Shown here: one piece after another, positions 57,259-64,000 of the stretch | Position numbering within the stretch: the stretch's first letter is position 1 | Layout: each line of letters opens with the position of its first letter | Made by a program: the position numbers and the translations under genes | Notes under the pieces: generated by a model | What the model saw: only the letters and a program-made list of their open reading frames with translations | Told to the model about the DNA's origin: nothing | Database searches by the model: none | DNA from: Coriobacteriaceae bacterium | GTDB taxonomy: Bacteria; Actinomycetota; Coriobacteriia; Coriobacteriales; Coriobacteriaceae | Assembly: GCA_025993015.1 (NCBI GenBank) | Contig: DAJPFV010000001.1 | Span: 1,608,668-1,672,667 of the forward strand | DNA length: 64,000 nt | Reading direction: 5' to 3'

Positions 57259-57780
57259 ATGCCCCAGCAGTACAAAATCGACAAGGTTGCAGAGATCGAG
57301 TCCCGTATCGCCGAGAACGCCGGTCTGTTCGTCGTCAACTACAACGGTCTGACGGTTAAGCAGGCTCAGGAGCTGCGTCATCAGCTTCGCGAGTGCGGCG
57401 CCGAGATGAAGGTCTACAAGAACAACCTGGTCAAGATCGCTCTCAAGAACCAGGAGCAGCCCGAGATCGACGAGATCCTCGCCGGCCCCGTCGCTTATGT
57501 GTTCTACGAGACCGAGCCGGTCGAGGCCGCTAAGGCCCTTAAGGACTTCTCCGCTAAGTCCAAGGGCGTCCTTGAGATCAAGGGCGGTATCTCCGACGGC
57601 AAGGCCGTTTCCGCTGATGATGTTAAGGCTATCGCCGAGCTGCCCACCAAGGATCAGCTTCTCGGCCAGATCGCCGGTCTCATCTCCGGTTTCGCTCGCG
57701 ACATCGCTGTCTGCGTCAACGGCGTTTCCTCTGGTCTCGCTCGTTCGATCCAGCAGGTCTCCGAGCAGAAGGCAGCCTAG
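57259..57780 (+). CDS. rplJ: 50S ribosomal protein L10
   Basis: 173 aa; KVAEIESRIAENAGLFVVNYNGLTVKQAQELR. gaggagg RBS. Confidence 0.93.
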   Translation: MPQQYKIDKVAEIESRIAENAGLFVVNYNGLTVKQAQELRHQLRECGAEMKVYKNNLVKIALKNQEQPEIDEILAGPVAYVFYETEPVEAAKALKDFSAKSKGVLEIKGGISDGKAVSADDVKAIAELPTKDQLLGQIAGLISGFARDIAVCVNGVSSGLARSIQQVSEQKAA

Positions 57781-57882
57781 TTGCTGTTTTCACCCGCGGC
57801 GGCAACGCCGCACCCCTGGCGCATTCGCGCCGTGTTTTAACTGATCTCCGTGCACAGACACGGAAACCGAAAGGACTTAGAA

Positions 57883-58260
57883 ATGGCTAAGCTTACCACC
57901 GATGAGATCATCGATGCTCTTAAGGAAATGACCCTTCTCGAGGCTTCCGAGCTCGTCAAGGCTATCGAGGACACCTTCGGCGTTTCCGCCGCTGCTCCTG
58001 CCGCTGTTGTCGCCGCTCCCGCTGCTGGCGCTGCTGAGGCCGAGGAGAAGACCGAGTTTGACGTCGTGCTCGAGGGCTTCGGCGACAACAAGATCCAGGT
58101 CATCAAGGCCGTCCGTGAGCTCACCAACCTTGGCCTGAAGGAGGCCAAGGAGGTCGTCGAGGGCGCTCCCAAGGCTGTTCTCGAGGGTGCCAAGAAGGAG
58201 GACGCCGAGGCTGCCAAGGAGAAGCTCGAGGCTGCTGGCGCTGCTGTCACCCTCAAGTAA
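57883..58260 (+). CDS. rplL: 50S ribosomal protein L7/L12
   Basis: [34 protein letters not shown]...[27 protein letters not shown]. Confidence 0.95.
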   Translation: MAKLTTDEIIDALKEMTLLEASELVKAIEDTFGVSAAAPAAVVAAPAAGAAEAEEKTEFDVVLEGFGDNKIQVIKAVRELTNLGLKEAKEVVEGAPKAVLEGAKKEDAEAAKEKLEAAGAAVTLK

Positions 58261-58290
58261 TCAGGCTTTCTCGCCAGATTTCTTTGCAGG

Positions 58291-58327
58291 CGGGGTTCGC
58301 ATTGCGAGCCCCGTCTTTTTTGTTTTT
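58291..58327 (+). terminator. Rho-independent terminator after rplL
   Basis: cggggttcgc / gcgagccccg stem plus tcttttttgttttt. Confidence 0.7.
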
Positions 58328-58574
58328 CAGTCCCTCGACATCGGTAGCTCAAACTGCCGTATTCTGTGATTTGCGTCGTATCGGGTGCCCTGCCGTTGGG
58401 CAATAAAATTGCACCATTCGAGCAATAATTTGCGTTGACCTGCTGAAGAATTGTCTCTGCTTTGTAGCGACATATAGTTCCAGCGGTAAGATGCTTGGGT
58501 ATCGCAATTTGGTCTGCGGCCGTGCGCCGCACGCATGGGGCGCTTTTGCGCCTGCGAAAGGATCTTTGAATAAC

Positions 58575-59483
58575 ATGAAGGCAATCATCCCCGCCGCCGG
58601 TCTTGGCACGCGTTTTCTGCCTGGCACCAAGTGCACGCCCAAAGAGATGCTGCCGGTGCTCGACAAGCCCGTCATTCAGTACGTCGTCGAGGAGGCGCTC
58701 GACCCCGAGGAAGTCGACGACGCCATCATCGTTACATCTCCCGGTAAGCCCGAGCTACTGAACTACTTCCAGCCCGATCGCTCGCTCGAGAACCTGCTGC
58801 GCGAGCGCGGCAAGAACGCCTATGCCGATGCCGTCGCCCACGCTGGCGGTATGCCGGTCGACTTCCGTTATCAGTACGAGCCCAAGGGCCTCGGCCATGC
58901 TATCCGCTCTGCTGCCGACGCCGTGGCAGGGGAGAACTTCCTGGTTCTTCTGGGCGACTACGTTGTGCCTAATCGCGACATCTGCGACAAGATGCTCGCC
59001 GTTTCCAAGGAGCACGGTGGAGCTTCGGTTATCGCCGTCGCTGCTTGCTCGCCCGAGGAAGTCAGCCGCTACGGCGTTATCGCCGGCGAGCGCGTCGGTT
59101 CGCTCGAGGGCGCCGAGGACGTTGCCGATGCAGAGCCGGGCGCTGTCTGGCGCATCGGCGGTCTGGTCGAGAAGCCCGCTCCCGAGGCGGCTCCGTCCAA
59201 CCTGTACATTGTCGGCCGTTATCTGCTGAGCCCGCTGGTCATGGACCTGCTCGCTGATCAGCAGGCCGGCAAGGGCGGCGAGATTCAGCTTACCGACGCC
59301 ATGGCCCGCTCGCTCGACCGCGAGGCCATGTACGCGGTCGTCATCGACCCGCTGTCGGGCTACGACACCGGCACTCCCTCTGGCTGGATGGCCACCAACG
59401 CCCTCATGGCTGCAAGCGATCCCCGCTTTGCAAGCGCCTTCTGGGACGCCATCGACGAGCGCGGCGGATTGATGCGCAAGTAA
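58575..59483 (+). CDS. galU: UTP--glucose-1-phosphate uridylyltransferase
   Basis: MKAIIPAAGLGTRFLPGTKCTPKEMLPVLDKPVIQYVVEEA. Confidence 0.92.
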   Translation: MKAIIPAAGLGTRFLPGTKCTPKEMLPVLDKPVIQYVVEEALDPEEVDDAIIVTSPGKPELLNYFQPDRSLENLLRERGKNAYADAVAHAGGMPVDFRYQYEPKGLGHAIRSAADAVAGENFLVLLGDYVVPNRDICDKMLAVSKEHGGASVIAVAACSPEEVSRYGVIAGERVGSLEGAEDVADAEPGAVWRIGGLVEKPAPEAAPSNLYIVGRYLLSPLVMDLLADQQAGKGGEIQLTDAMARSLDREAMYAVVIDPLSGYDTGTPSGWMATNALMAASDPRFASAFWDAIDERGGLMRK

Positions 59484-59503
59484 GCCTTCGGACATCGACA
59501 TTT

Positions 59504-59537
59504 ACGGGCGCGGACCTCGGTTCGCGCCCGTTTTTTA
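59504..59537 (+). terminator. Rho-independent terminator after galU
   Basis: acgggcgcg / cgcgcccgt stem plus tttttat. Confidence 0.7.
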
Positions 59538-59770
59538 TAAGAGCTGCGATTGCCGGCTCTCTGTTCACAGAAAATATATGAACAGATGTTCGATACACAC
59601 CCATCTACCTGCGTGTTTTCTGTCAAAAAACTTTGCTACTCCAAAAACTCAATCGCGTCAAGGCTTTTCTTGCCCAACGGTCGGTACCTGATAAACTATT
59701 AGGTTGCGATAACTGGCGAAGCTATGCCTCGCCAACCCACCGAGCATTTCCGTGAAGGAGGAAAAACCTG

Positions 59771-64000
<4,230 letters not shown>

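Overview
This is a high-GC Gram-positive chromosomal window. Gene order and composition suggest an actinobacterial, Coriobacteriia-like genome, but that is inference only.

**Backbone.** The core is the conserved translation/transcription neighbourhood:
- clpC, disA-ispD-ispF-cysS-rlmB-yacP
- a tRNA cluster followed by tuf
- rpmG, tRNA-Trp, secE-nusG-rplK-rplA
- rplJ-rplL, galU, rpoB and the start of rpoC

**Accessory insertions.**
- An IS110-family element sits inside a short tandem repeat.
- A lower-GC HTH-HipA-like kinase lies next to a tRNA-Thr.
- About 29 kb of accessory genes separate rplA from rplJ. They include an ABC uptake system, an LAXTG-anchored 5'-nucleotidase, asnS, crr, feoAB, an MFS transporter, a GH13 enzyme and an aminotransferase.

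**Most interesting locus.** A visibly AT-richer island of about 7.3 kb (about 45377-52703) is bracketed by a roughly 139-bp direct duplication. Each copy consists of the last 72 bp of the MFS gene region plus a 67-nt palindromic element. The island carries one tightly coupled minus-strand operon:
- an 860-aa dynamin-family GTPase
- an 1143-aa HerA/FtsK-superfamily P-loop ATPase with a Ser/Thr/Gly low-complexity insert
- a 229-aa HNH/EndoVII (WHH-like) nuclease toxin
- a small putative immunity gene

I could not match this gene combination to any described defence or secretion system from memory. I flag it as the candidate novel conflict system.

**Other structures.**
- a 4-copy 67-nt palindromic repeat family
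- a 62-bp tandem hairpin array upstream of feoAB
- a roughly 200-bp foldback palindrome upstream of rplJ
- a yybP-ykoY-like Mn riboswitch upstream of mntP
- several operator-like palindromes

**Rejected ORFs.** Many long ORFs in the supplied track are antisense shadow frames typical of high-GC DNA, and I rejected them.
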